A DNA stretch of 64,000 nucleotides, taken from positions 19,304,210 through 19,368,209 of the forward strand of contig NC_134030.1 of assembly GCF_964204645.1 (NCBI RefSeq). The letters run 5' to 3'. A model generated the notes under the pieces. The model saw only the letters and a list, made by a program, of their open reading frames with translations, was not told the DNA's origin and searched no databases. Source of the stretch: Tubulanus polymorphus (taxonomy: Eukaryota; Animalia; Nemertea). Numbering within the stretch: position 1 is the first letter of the stretch; each line of letters starts with the position of its first letter. Both the position numbers and the translations under genes were made by a program. Positions 38,261 to 50,752 of this stretch are shown piece after piece.

Positions 38261-38385
38261 TGGTGTGTAGGGTGTCATCTGTCAACCGTCCTGTGGAGTC
38301 GTCACCTAACTGGTGTGTAGGGTGTCATCTGTCAACCGTCCTGTGGAGTCGTCACCTAACTGGTGTGTAGGGTGTCATCTGTCAA
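38261..38385. repeat. 50-bp tandem repeat, 2.5 copies
   Basis: Unit TGGTGTGTAGGGTGTCATCTGTCAACCGTCCTGTGGAGTCGTCACCTAAC. Confidence 0.95.
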
Positions 38386-39971
38386 ACGTAGGGTCGTCAC
38401 CCTAATAATTAACGTGTCGTGTATCATCAGCTGAAGAATATTGATCCCCAATCAAGGATCTATTTGCATGGAACTTCTTTTAGTTCCATATTACTACGCT
38501 TTAATGTTTCAGCTTGCGCATTAATTCCCCATTTACTCAAAAGGTAACTCTACACGTTGCACTATAATGCCGTATATCAGACTTGGGCCTATGTTTCTTT
38601 ACTCTAGATTCATAAAAAAGACTATGGTTGCAACAAAATGAAAACTTTTATTATTCATCGAATCATTTCCATTAAGATTGGATTATCAAATGTAAGATGG
38701 AGAAATTTAAATTCAGTTCGAATTTTGACGATTTCGAAAGTTATTTTATAGTATTTTCGACATTTTCTTTTCATTCATTCGTTTACGAATTTAGTTATAA
38801 CCCATCAATGCGTGTCGTGTCTACGAGGTGCCTGAAATCGACAAAATCACATGTTAGTCATAATATGTACGTCTGCTGCGAGCAGATACAGGTCAAGGTG
38901 TACAACTACTTCGGCGAAACACTGTATTCCGTGTTGTAACAATACTTAGAAAAAGAAAATCCGACCACTAATGTAACTGAAGAAGTCCAAAAAGTTTTCT
39001 CTCAGCTATTTGATTCAATCATTCGTCGAACGTTTCGACTTAAACCTAATAGTCACCTTCAGGAACGATTGTATATTTGTAAATCCAGCAATTTTTCTAA
39101 CTTTTTCGGCAAACGTTTCTAAGATTTCTGTCGCCACTTTAGTGATATGATCCAAGTGTCTGGGCTTCGCGATTAATCGTACATAAAGTATCCAGAATCT
39201 GATTTGGTTTAACACTAGCAATATTGCAGAAATTAAAACATCGTCACAGAAAGGCGTGTTAAATTAGTTTAAATTTTATTAACTCCCTTAGAGGGCAACA
39301 TAAACGCTACAACCGTGCCAGCCGTGCCTACATACATCCGTTTGATACAGACATTCATGTTTGCTTTTCATAATTTGCTTTTATGTCAAAGGTCAGACGG
39401 CAGACCACTTTCAGCAGGCCTTACATCATGTGCTTAGTACTTAGATCACGGGTGCGTTTTTTAAATTGCTATCGAAATTTTTTAACCGATTCTGAGGCAT
39501 TCTTAAAATTAATAGGAAAGTCATTCCGGCCCCAGAAAAGTAAGTGGGTGATAGACTACCTTGGTATTCCATTTCTCTGTCGAAGTGGACATATTAAACA
39601 TTAAACAGTAAAATGTAGGGAATTACTCCACGGAATTAAAAAATTGGTGTTTTTAAATGCAGTAGATCTTGTAGTAGATCTTTGAATGTAGTAAATTCTT
39701 TCAATGCCGCTTGTGGGTACATGCGACCACAATTATATGTAATTGTAAGTGTGCCCTCCCTTCGAATTATCTTGATTCGCTACACGTCTACTCTTCTGGT
39801 TTGGTGGCTTTTCTGATGTGAATTGGCATTGTTTTATAAATGAAATTAGCGCGTGTCGCCCTTTAAATGACGTAGCAAACGTTTGTCACTGTATTGCTGG
39901 TACATATGAATCCTATCTTGCCTACGACATTATTAAGATTTAATGTTTGATATTTTGAAAGGTCAACCAAC

Positions 39972-40301
39972 TTACTTGCAAACGCTGGGTGTAGTTTCTC
40001 TTTCACCATTGTTAGGGTCGACTGTTGTTTTAGCACCCCATTTACACTTACAGCACATTCGGTTACCAGTCGCCGATTTTGGGACGGCATTATTGACACA
40101 GTGGCTGTCTGCGGCAGTGAAATGTGTCGAACCCTCGGGACAACTGCTGTCTTCACAAGTATAAGTGAAATCTGGCGTTGCAAATGTTACAAATCTCTTT
40201 CTATTAAGGGTCTCGGAGAAATCGCAATAGGCATTGCAATAGACATGGTTGATTACACTGATCAATACCAATAACCCGATTACGCAAGTATCACCGAACA
40301 T
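39972..40301 (-). CDS. Secreted Cys-rich peptide A (unknown family; 109 aa, 8 Cys in the mature region)
   Basis: Signal MFGDTCVIGLLVLISVINHVYC; framework C-x22-C-x4-C-x13-C-x14-CC-x-C-x21-C with internal RKR. Splice acceptor just upstream of the ATG (40319-21), a 5'UTR exon donor at ~41575 and a TATA box at 41792-98. Paralog at 46307-46588. Confidence 0.8.
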   Translation of the reverse strand: MFGDTCVIGLLVLISVINHVYCNAYCDFSETLNRKRFVTFATPDFTYTCEDSSCPEGSTHFTAADSHCVNNAVPKSATGNRMCCKCKWGAKTTVDPNNGERETTPSVCK

Positions 40302-41791
40302 TTTTTCTCAAAGTTCACCTGTAAATATTTCATACTGATGAACATCACTTGAAAATCAGTGTAGATTTCAGTTTTCCCTAACGACTTGAAGATTTGCCAA
40401 TGGTCGGTAGGTACAAAATTAAATTCAGTTATACGTCTTTAGCCGGAACGTAGCTCAAATATGTATAAACATTCTACCAAAAATACATTTTTATTCTTTA
40501 TGTATTTGTGCTTCAACTCAAGTACGTTTCATCTTGTGTAGAATTATTGTGGACTTATTCTCGTATATTCATCTAACACAGATATTGTCATCGTCTTTTC
40601 CACGTAGAATCTGTGATTTCGAAGATCACTGGTAAAACCGAGGATATTATTTGCTTTAAGATTCGAACCTATAACTAAATAATCCAGTTGAAGATGAGCT
40701 CTACAAATCTAAAGTTCCCTGAGTAGCCTACAATATCACTGCATCCTTGTTTGCCATCGAAATAGTGAGTTGCAAAATTGGCCTAGACATATAATGAAAA
40801 CGCCCAGACATAAAGTACCGCGAAAGAATAACTCGTAAGGACAATGATACAACTCGTGGCCATTTAGAATAAACCAGCCGTGGTGATCGGCATCGTTACG
40901 ATCTGTATTTAGATTTTTAATCGACCAAAATAAGGAAAATTTAAATTTAGAAAATAGTATTCACAGAGAACCTAGTGTACAGCTGACCTAAAAAACGATT
41001 TTCAATGTTTTAGGTCCACTGCCAGAGCGTTCTGGACCTAGTAAGACGTTTATCAGGTATGTACCATCAAAACCGAGTGATCTAGGCCATCTGGTATGCA
41101 TGTTGAATTAGAGATTAGTGCTTAATTTTGTCGACAATAAATAACATTGTATAGATCATAATTTAAAGGATCACAAAAGTTATTTTCGATTTGAATATAT
41201 CGATGATTTAATTACATTGATCGCAAATCATCCTCACCAAAAAAACTTATAACAACTTATTAACAACAAAATAAGAGTTTTTATGAAATATTTTTGATTG
41301 CAAAACAAACGACAAAATTGTGAGTGTTATTTTGAGACGCCAATATTGATGACGTAGTGCGCATCGACTCGCACAGAACCTATTAGATAACGCACACTAG
41401 GTATCGATGTAATAAACATTATTGCCTCGAAAATATGCCTTAGCACTAAAAACAATTTAACAGTGAATCAGGTTTCAGGAAATCTTATGGCATTTCAAAT
41501 TACTAAATATCAAATTTCTCGAGAACATTTCAGACTTTGAAAACTAAATCACTACAGAGACAATAGTTTTTACTTACGTGTTGGTTAATTTTCAAGCGAC
41601 AAATCTTCGACGTCTGTTGTAGATCAGAGATCACGCTATTACAGCAGTGAATTTTACCAATCTGTTATTCTTTCGAGCTGAAATCCACCTGTTTGTGATT
41701 GATATTCGGTGAACAGACGTGACACGTGTCAAATTGACAGATTTCATTTCAGAGATATTTTCAGAATTCAGTTAAAAGCATAGAATTCTGA

Positions 41792-41798
41792 TTTTATA
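41792..41798 (-). promoter_or_regulatory. Putative TATA box of Cys-rich peptide gene A (equivalent at 48524-48530 for gene B)
   Basis: TATAAAA on the minus strand at homologous positions in both duplicates, upstream of a conserved non-coding first exon. Confidence 0.45.
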
Positions 41799-43116
41799 AA
41801 TGCAATACATGGTATCAGCGAAAAACAATGCATCTAATTTGTTTTAGGTAACATGGGTTTAATTTCATGGTGAGACTAGACAAATAAGACTCGATTTCTT
41901 ACATTCAAGTTGTGCCATTAGCACAGTAGGAACCTACAAATATATCAGTTGGCATCAAAACAGCGTCATGCATTCCTATGGTAATAATGTTTAGCTATTC
42001 ATTATTCATCAAGTCTTTTGTCTTGTGAAAGATGAGTAAAGCCACTACGTACCAGGTTTAGGACGGATCATATCGATTTGTACCATTCCCACACGAACAA
42101 GGGTTATAGACTTAAGCCGCTGCTATTTGACATGTTTCATTTTCACTCACAAAATGCAAATTTCCACTGCGTGAAAAAGAATTCCCAATTCCACGTCCTA
42201 AGTTTGCCGATGGCCCGATACCGATTTTCAAGTCAGCAAAGGGTTTACATAACCTGCGTATAGTAGAACTACTTGTATTATCAATTGAGGTAGTTAACAA
42301 GAACTCACAATATGAATACGTTAATAGGGACCTTAGTTTACTTGTGGTTCAAAGGTTGTGGGATATTCTCTTTGTTTCAGAAATTATGAAAACGATTGAC
42401 AACCAAAATCACTGATATTTCCATGATGATAATCGACGTTGTCACTTCCCCCGATAAGGGGTTTGAGTTCTAGGCACATTTTGGCAACCGACTAATATTA
42501 TATTCCATAAATGGCTTTCGTTTTTTTTTCATGTGAGAATGTTGAATCGAATGACGTATGGCATGGCCAAATGCATTTTGGTAATCAACTCGAAAAGCAA
42601 TCCAGATGGAGCTGTCATACATCATGTCAACTGGCATGACCTATCGCATGACTGGCCATCATGATGTAATCACGGATGGTCGACTGTGACTTCACTTGGC
42701 ACCTGGCCAAGCGGGCTTAGATTCATTTTCATATTGTAAGACATGTTACTGTGATGCGTATATAGTTTTCTGTCGATTCTCTGTTTTTTCTTCGTTTTAC
42801 TTCGTTTGACTTCGTAATAATCATGTAATTTAAATAATGGGGAATAAAAAAAGAAAATGCAAACTAAACTTCAACTGCAGTAAAAGTATGCAAACCCTTG
42901 CTGGAAACATGCCGTACGTACGTAGCAAACAAACAGGAGTCTAGAGGATTTACGGAATATTGGATTTATAAACTTTGAGGATGCGTGATGTTAAGCGATA
43001 TTATAATTTGTCAGCCGGCGTGCTGCGGTGTTGGGGTCTAGTTTCATTATCTTATCTACGTCTCTTACTGGTATTTGTGCATGGGTTTGAGTTTGGCTTG
43101 GTTTTTTACCCACGGG

Positions 43117-43479
43117 CAATAAACCATTTTTACAGTTAATAGCATTGTCGTATTGTTGGGTCATTTTTAACGAACTTCAAAGTTCAGTACCGTGGATTTC
43201 CATGCGCACGGCAAAAACTGACCACCGATTTTTATATCGCTCTCATGTCGCATTGTTGCAAATTATAAAAATGATACATAAAAATTTGCATTAACTGAAA
43301 ACTACAGATTCACGCGGTTTGATTGTTGCTGAAACTGTCAAAATCCATCCATGGACAGATGAAATATGATACAACACACATCACGGATAGTTTTTAAAAA
43401 AGTGAAAAAAATGACCCAACAATACGGGACCAAAGTACCCTAACAAAATGGCGGCTAGCAACTGTAAAATGGTTTATTG
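43117..43479. mobile_element. MITE-like element with compound inverted repeats
   Basis: CAATAAACCATTTTTACAGTT / AACTGTAAAATGGTTTATTG, and CGTATTGTTGGGTCATTTT / AAAATGACCCAACAATACG. Confidence 0.7.
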
Positions 43480-43772
43480 ATTGCTCGGAGGCTTTACTTG
43501 GTGGTGAAATTGTCAATAGTGAAATTGTCTGCTTACACCTGCTGGGAACTATTGATTCGAAATGTATATCATCCTATGTATGTGTTGTACTGGATACGAG
43601 CCATCGAGCTGTCTTCTTCGCAATTCCCGGCCTCAAATACACTGGGGGCAAACGTTTCTACTGTGCCTGCCCTGGTCAAGTTGTTATTCTGATAAAACTT
43701 TACCCCGCGTTTCCGCCAGATGCTGACTAGGAGTTAGTGAAGTAGGATTGACTCGGTCTGTTCAGCGGAAAA

Positions 43773-44015
43773 GTTGACTGTTGGAATCTACCCCGAGCCG
43801 GTGTCAAGTACTGAGTTAGAAATTGCGAAATACAGTAGACCAATTCTTTACTGCGGTTAAGTTGAGACTGTTGAATTCTACCCCGAATTGGTGTCAAATA
43901 CCAAGTGAGACTTTGTGAAACGCAGTAAACTTTGTCTCTTACTGCATTAGAGTTAAAACCGGTAAATATCTGTCCCGAGTGGGTATTAGATACTGACTAA
44001 CCGTTTGCGAAATAC
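43773..44015. repeat. Diverged ~90-bp tandem repeat, about 3 copies (related monomer at ~50800-50870)
   Basis: Recurring ACTGTTG.ATCTACCCCGA..TGGTGTCAA.TAC...TTG(C/T)GAAA(T)AC. Confidence 0.55.
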
Positions 44016-44421
44016 ACACGACGTTCACTAATGTTAAATATACAGATTAACACGAATCTAATCAATCTATATACCAGTAGATCGGTGTAGAAACTAAAAT
44101 ACAAACGGTGACAATCCATATGTTTGTGATTGACTACAACTCAGCGCTACCATATATCTGAGTATCGTGTATATTCGTCTCACGCGCAGATGTGGTCGTT
44201 TTAGTTCAAATTTTGAGTAGTCTCCTCAAGATATATGCGATCTGCCGTCATTTTCAAACACAGTGCGCACGCGTTACACATATTTTGTAGACATTTCAAA
44301 TTAATGTGTTTCCAATTGATCCGTGATGATATAACACAGCCGTATTGAAAGAGTGATTAAAACGACAAGTTAAACACGTTATATAGAATGCATTAAAGTC
44401 CTCATAAAAAGCTGATCATCT

Positions 44422-44559
44422 GGGCCAGTTGCACAGTCACGACTTAAGTACAAAAGTGTGCTCAAATCTTAAGACTGGTCTTAACTTGTTCGACTGGCTA
44501 TATAACTAAGTTGGTCTTAGACTGGTCTTAAGTCTAAGCCATGACCATGCAACCGGCCC
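44422..44559. mobile_element. Harbinger-like MITE family C copy 1
   Basis: GGGCCAGTTGCA...TGCAACCGGCCC with internal AAGACTGGTCTTAA repeats; second copy at 58256-58392. Confidence 0.8.
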
Positions 44560-46306
44560 CTGTTATCCAGTCTTTCTTAAACCTTTTTCAACTTTCCGAT
44601 GTCTGGTATAACTAAGGTTTCGGCCTTAAAAAACTTCGATTTAAAGACCTGTATATAACTAGGCTTGGTTTCATTAACGACCCATCAAACTCAAAATAAA
44701 GAACATACAAAACTTTCACGATAAAGTTTCGTCTAGTAAATCATACCTTTTATTTCCCCCTTTCGGAAAAAAGGCGCCAGCTCTCTAAATCAAGGCTCTC
44801 TAAAGCATTCACTCCACATTGAAACTGGTCACCACTGTCGCCCTATCACCCCGTTTTCTGAGAGGACCTGTCCGCGATTCAAACTTAATTGTAGATGAAA
44901 AACATTTCCTCCTCTCCTATTCCGCTCTTTCTGATACACGCAATGCATTTCTCGGCCACATCTCTGTTCCGTCCTGAATGTCCCTCGACTCGGAGGCCAA
45001 TTTCTACTTAGTATTCCATGTTTTGACAACGATTTCGAAGATTTCGAACTTTACAACATTGTACGTAATCGTGTAAATCGTCTTGTGTATCTTAATGAAA
45101 AATTTTTTTGGGAAATCTTGTTTTGCTGACATCAGTTTTATCAATACAAATATATCTGTATATAACCTCCTCGCTTAATTAACTTCCAATCACTGTTATA
45201 CTTAAAAAGTTTATGCACTTCCTTCTTTTTTATGAAACTGTCTACTTAATATTTCTTTAGTTTATCCATTTCGTTGAAAGAAAATGCAATTAGATTTATT
45301 TGCTGTCCTGTACTTTTTTACTGTATAAAACGATGATTATGCTTTGTGTTTATATATTAAGGTAAAGTTATTAATAAAGTTATTTTGAAATGAGTTGAAT
45401 TGAATTGTTCGATGATACTGACCACACGTACCATGAATCTGTTAATTTGTTAAGATTGTAATGGAATTACTTTTATCAAATGGTTAAAAACGAAATTCGG
45501 TTAGTTCGCTGATTTTTCATTTTCCCACGGACGTCGTACGACTGTACAACTCCAATGATAAACCTTCGACTTCGACTATGGTTGCGACGAAATAAATCCA
45601 TCGGAATATTTCTATTAAGATTGAAATGACACACGAACGAGAAGGAAATTTAAATCATGATTTCGAAAGATATTTAATAACATTCAATATTGCTTTCACT
45701 CAGTCGAAAATGTTATCCGAATGCTCTACGATTCGCGATGTGTCCATATGACCGCTGAAAAATAAAAATAAATCATTTAGTCATGACATGAACGGACGCA
45801 AATTTTATATAGAGACAGCCTACATCATCAGGAGCAGATCATGGATGTATAATCTAGTTGAATATATCCATTGACAGATGGATAGACGCTAGGGCACTAG
45901 AAGCAGGTACTCCAGTAATTTCCCTGTATGTTTACTACCACAGTCGATTTTTGAGGGTTGTTCTGTTTTATCAGTTCAGAGAATCCGTTTGCCTCGAATC
46001 TATTATTCGTCGCATGACTTGTTGAAGACTCCAAAACCTCCTTTCCGTCGAGGTGGCGCGATTCGGATTTTGTGTGGAGCCAACCGGAGATTTCGGATGG
46101 AGATTTTTGGAGGTCATGATGATAGACTATGATGTATTCGAATCATCTGCATTCGTTAGGAAAATGTAACCAATAATATCAGATTTCGATAAAATGGTGA
46201 TTCTAAATGCAGCAAACATTTGTTACTGTGTTGCCGGTACCTATAAATCTTATATTGCCAACGATGTTATAAAGGTTATTCGATATTTCTTGAAAAATCT
46301 ATCAAC

Positions 46307-46588
46307 TTACGCGCACTTGTCATCCTGACTCAAATCACATTCACAGCATACTTTGTCACAAACCGCCGATTTTGGGACCTTCTTGTCGACACAGTAACTG
46401 TTTCCAGAAGGGTATTCCTTGGAACCCTCGGGACAACTGCTGTCTTCACAAGTCACAGTTGAATCAGCCGCGAAATCCACTGATCTCCTCTTACTTTTCA
46501 ACTCCTTAAAGTCGCAGCGACCACAATAGATATGGTTGATCAAACCGATCAACACCAACAACCCGATTACGCAAGTCTTTCCCACCAT
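46307..46588 (-). CDS. Secreted Cys-rich peptide B (paralog of A; 93 aa, 9 Cys in the mature region)
   Basis: Signal MVGKTCVIGLLVLIGLINHIYC. Shares CDF, TCEDSSCPEGS, CV...VPKSA and CC.C with peptide A; internal KRR. Gene architecture is the same as A. Confidence 0.8.
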   Translation of the reverse strand: MVGKTCVIGLLVLIGLINHIYCGRCDFKELKSKRRSVDFAADSTVTCEDSSCPEGSKEYPSGNSYCVDKKVPKSAVCDKVCCECDLSQDDKCA

Positions 46589-46963
46589 TCTTCTCAAAGT
46601 TTATCTGAAAATGATGAATATTCACTTGAAATCAGTGTACATTTACTGATTCTTAAAAATGAACCAAAAAGTATGACGATTATTGGTCGATATCTGCGAA
46701 CGCATAATTGTGGTTATCATATATATTTCCAATATCGATTTCCAATCATATACAATCTATCGCCAGACACTCGTCAGAATTCGAATGACTAAAACATATC
46801 GCAAACGCCGGCTGAAAGTACAACGAGTTCGGACACGTGCCAGTATAGTACTGCCCTCGAAAGCGTTTCGCGAAAAAAACAGTTGATACCACCGACTGGA
46901 ATGCAGGAATCGTCATGCGAGAAAATTACTTTTACACGCATGCCTATTTTAACCGGTGACTTC

Positions 46964-47450
46964 ACAGGCACTCGCCGATGGGCTTGGGATACAGGTCCTG
47001 GGGTTTTTGATAGTGTATCTGTGTTTTGAGTGGTTATTCTGCAATAAATGCGAGAAAAAAACGTCTTGGTACTGTTACGTTTAAAAGATAATGGCCGCTG
47101 GCTCCACACACGGCGACCTCACAAAATACTGAACAAACTTCGTTTTTCAATCTAAAATCAAAACTTTTATTTTATATGACACTTACTAGTGATATGACAG
47201 TTATATATCCTCTTATTCCATCCGACTGTGAGACACTATCAATTTGTGAAACGTCTTTAGTAATATAAAAGAAAAGGAAGTTGACGAAGCGTGAGCGTAT
47301 AGGAAAAACTTTACAGGCGTTGAGACGGCAACACTAGGTCACCGAACGTCGTTCAACCGCTGAGTGACGACTAAATATAACCACTCAAAATACAGATACA
47401 CTATCAAAAACCCCAGGAACTGTATCCCAAGCCCATCGGCGAGTGCCTGT
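46964..47450. mobile_element. Mutator/MULE-like MITE in the 5'UTR intron of peptide gene B
   Basis: ~74-bp TIRs (ACAGGCACTCGCCGATGGGCTTGGGATACAG...) and a 9-bp TSD GGTGACTTC (46955-63 and 47451-59). Absent at the homologous site of gene A (~40385). Confidence 0.9.
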
Positions 47451-48564
47451 GGTGACTTCCAGATTTGCTAATGGTCGGTAGGTAAAAATCTTCAACAGAC
47501 TGTACGAACAGTTGCTCAAATATATATTTTTATCTACACCTAAACATTTCATCTTAGGCTGAATTTATTTTTCATATACGTCAAACGAATATTGTGTTTC
47601 TTCTCGACTTAAAATCTTTGAACCAATAGCTAGAAAATCCCAGCTGAAAAGGAGCTCCAATTTAGTAATTTCATTTTTCCCGTCGGTGAAGAATATCACT
47701 GTCTACTTGTTTGTCCTCGAATAACTGAGTTTGGAAAAAGTATCATAGCGAAACATATGATGAAAAACGTTCAGACATAAGATACCGTTAACTGATAAAT
47801 CATGAGGACAAAGTAGCAAGATGTCGACATGTAAAATTTCCCAGTAGTAGTGATAAGCATTATCACGAATTTGTGATTAAAATTTGAATTGTCCGAAAAT
47901 AGGAAAATTGACATGTAGAAATTTTCATTCGCAGAGAAGCCTAGTTTTTCTTTCTATAATCAGGCATTTAACTTAGTATGTTCGTATTCAATGTGAGTTA
48001 TTACATTTTAAGCTTCCTTATCCAGTCCATTCTAATCGGGAAAATAAAGCTATATATTTTGATGTTTACTCATCGAAAAGCGGTATATTTGTCGCATTGA
48101 CACTTTGCTGATAACGTGCCCAAATATGCCCTGGTACTAACAATGATTTAACACCGAACCCGAGTTGTTGTTTGTGGCGTTTCAATTCCACAAATATCAA
48201 ATTTCCTGGGAACGTTTAAAACAGTGAACATTAAATTCACTTGAGGCATATAGTAGACTGTGCTTACGCGTTGGCTAATTTTCAAGGAACGAAATCTCTA
48301 CACCAGTCGTAGATCAGAAACCACAGCTGTAACTGCAATGCATTTTACCAATCTTTTATTCTTTCGAACGTAAATCCACCTGTTTGTGAGCAGAAATCCA
48401 CCTGTTTGTTAGCAGAAATCCACCTGTTTGTGATTGGCATTCGGAGAACGAAAATGATACATGTGAAATCGATTTTCATTCCAGAGATATTTCCAAAATG
48501 TAGTGCTTAGCGTATAATGGTGATTTTATAACGCCAATACGATGGCAAAACGGTAAAATAAAAT

Positions 48565-48607
48565 TGAATGAATGAATGAATGAATGAATGAATGAATGAA
48601 TGAATGA
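48565..48607. repeat. (GAAT)n microsatellite
   Basis: Read directly from the sequence. Confidence 0.95.
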
Positions 48608-49319
48608 AATGCTTTTTTCAAATATAATCCACAGCATAGTGTACAAAAGCATAATACAAATTCTGCTAAATTAGACTTGTAGGTGTCTGAAGAAACTTAG
48701 AGATAGTTTATATAAAACAGGTCCCTCAAAAGAGGAAGGTGAAGAAGAAAAAAAAATGAGAAATGTAATAAGAAATACAATTGGACCTGTATTCAATTTG
48801 TTTAAGGTTCCGTTATTTTCATAGTGTAAATACACGACTCGGCAATTCTTTATACAATGTACTAGTATTTCACTTGTGCTGCACTAACTGGGGTGAGCTC
48901 TGTAGACTAGAACCTACATATACCTACGTAAGATGTTTTCCGTACTTATAATGCTGAGGGTAACTAAAACGGCGTCCTGCGACACCGTGGTCAAAATATC
49001 CATAGCTGTAGCGTCAAAACAAAGGGATACCGGCAAGGCTACTAAGGGATGCGAGGATTCAACAATCCTCCTCCAGGATTTCTAGTGGCACTGGGTTACC
49101 ACACTAAATTTCTTCTACATTTCAATAAATTCGAGTAAACTTTTCCGATTAGTTAATCAATTTTCAGTGAAATCAATACCATTCACTGAGTGAGAGAGGG
49201 AGTTATATGTCTATCCGATGGATTATATCTGCCGGATTTGCAAGCTAAAAATTGGGTTCAAACGGAATTGAACTGATTTTCACTTCGGCTAAGAATGGAA
49301 TAGTTTATATCTCTCTTAA

Positions 49320-50143
49320 GCCGGGCGCATACTAGGCGATTTTTAGTCGCCAGTAGAAAGATTTAAATCGTCGGCGATTTTTATGAGAATCGCCGTCCGT
49401 TGTCAACGACCGCACATTAGACGATTTTTATCGCCGAATCGCAGGCATCCCCACTTGCCGGAGCTTGATTCCCGTCCACTGGAGCTCACGCTAACACAAA
49501 CCCTTGCCGCACACCCTCATTATCTATAGTATATTAGATTGCCCATTTCTTGGCCGGACAGCGTTCACCAGTCTATATTTCAGTCCACCAATCAGATGCG
49601 TGGTAATTATATAGAACAAACCTGCCGGGAAAAATCAATGCATCTGTTCGGCTAGATATTATATAGACTGGAGGGCAATGAGTGTTAACCTGTCCGCCCA
49701 AGAATCTTGGCTTTTTAACCATTATTATGAAGGGTGTGCGGCCAGGGTTTTTGTTGACGTGAGCCCCGACGAGTGGAAATCTAACCCTGACAATCAAGGA
49801 TGAATCACAGGTCGTAAAGTGGTGCCACATGATTACAAAATGGCCGCATTTCATTTTCGGCTGTGGGGGTCGCCATTTTGTGAATGCACATGATTTCTAT
49901 CTTGGCGCTGATTGGCTGTTTTTAAATGGATTCGAAGCGATTCGTCGCTAGTAGCCGCACACTAGGCGATTTGCTGCCGATCTTGTCGCCGAATATCTAG
50001 CATGCCAGATACTGAGCGATCTTGTCGCCGGCGACGATTTGTCGGCCGACAATGGTTGCCAGTGACCGCGCACTAGGCGATTTCTCGGCGATTTTGTCGC
50101 TTGCGACGAAAATCGCCGAGAAATCGCCTAGTGTGCGCCCGGC
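49320..50143. mobile_element. Non-autonomous DNA transposon/MITE flanked by TTAA
   Basis: TIRs GCCGGGCGCATACTAGGCGATTT / AAATCGCCTAGTGTGCGCCCGGC, TTAA on both sides and internal CGCACACTAGGCGA repeats. Confidence 0.85.
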
Positions 50144-50254
50144 TTAACCAAACTTTGGTACATAGAGGTAACAAGAATTTATACCAATAGAAATGTATCA
50201 ATTTTCAAAACGTAGGAAAAAGAGACACGGAAACAAAAAATTCACATAAGAATA

Positions 50255-50284
50255 GAATTATGATTGTTATTATTATTATTATTC

Positions 50285-50348
<64 letters not shown>

Positions 50349-50398
50349 CACTATCACTATTACTATCATTATCATTATCATCATTATTATTATTATTA
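50255..50398. repeat. (ATT)n/(ATC)n microsatellite
   Basis: Read directly from the sequence. Confidence 0.95.
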
Positions 50399-50626
50399 CA
50401 CATGGTTCACTTGAGTAATTTGAGCCCGAAAATAACCCGGTGATTGTTGCGTGTTGCCGGTACGTATCCAATCGAATAGGTCTTGTTGATAGACTGTGAA
50501 CGATAGGTATAGATAGCCACACAATACAATCCTTTCCATAATAGCCATCCGTACATGAAGTAGGTTAAGCCACTGCTATTTGATATTTTCATTTACTGTC
50601 GTTCGTTTCGTATCGTAAAATAATTA

Positions 50627-50752
50627 GCCGCGATCATACGGAAACGATTTGGCCCGGGCCAAATTGACATGGATCAGGCTCGGGCCAAATTTGGCCCATT
50701 TGGCACCCGTGTGAACAGTTGTTCCGGGCAAAAATGCTTGTGTGATCGCGGC
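50627..50752. mobile_element. MITE family B copy 2
   Basis: GCCGCGATCATAC...GTGTGATCGCGGC with TA flanks; homologous to 29767-29949. Confidence 0.75.

Noticed and set aside
38261-44015. CRISPR-like arrays at 38261, 43773 and 11776
   Set aside because: These are head-to-tail tandem repeats without unique spacers, there are no cas genes, and the context is eukaryotic.
50205-50522. Poly-Ile ORF
   Set aside because: It is a translation of the (ATT)n microsatellite.
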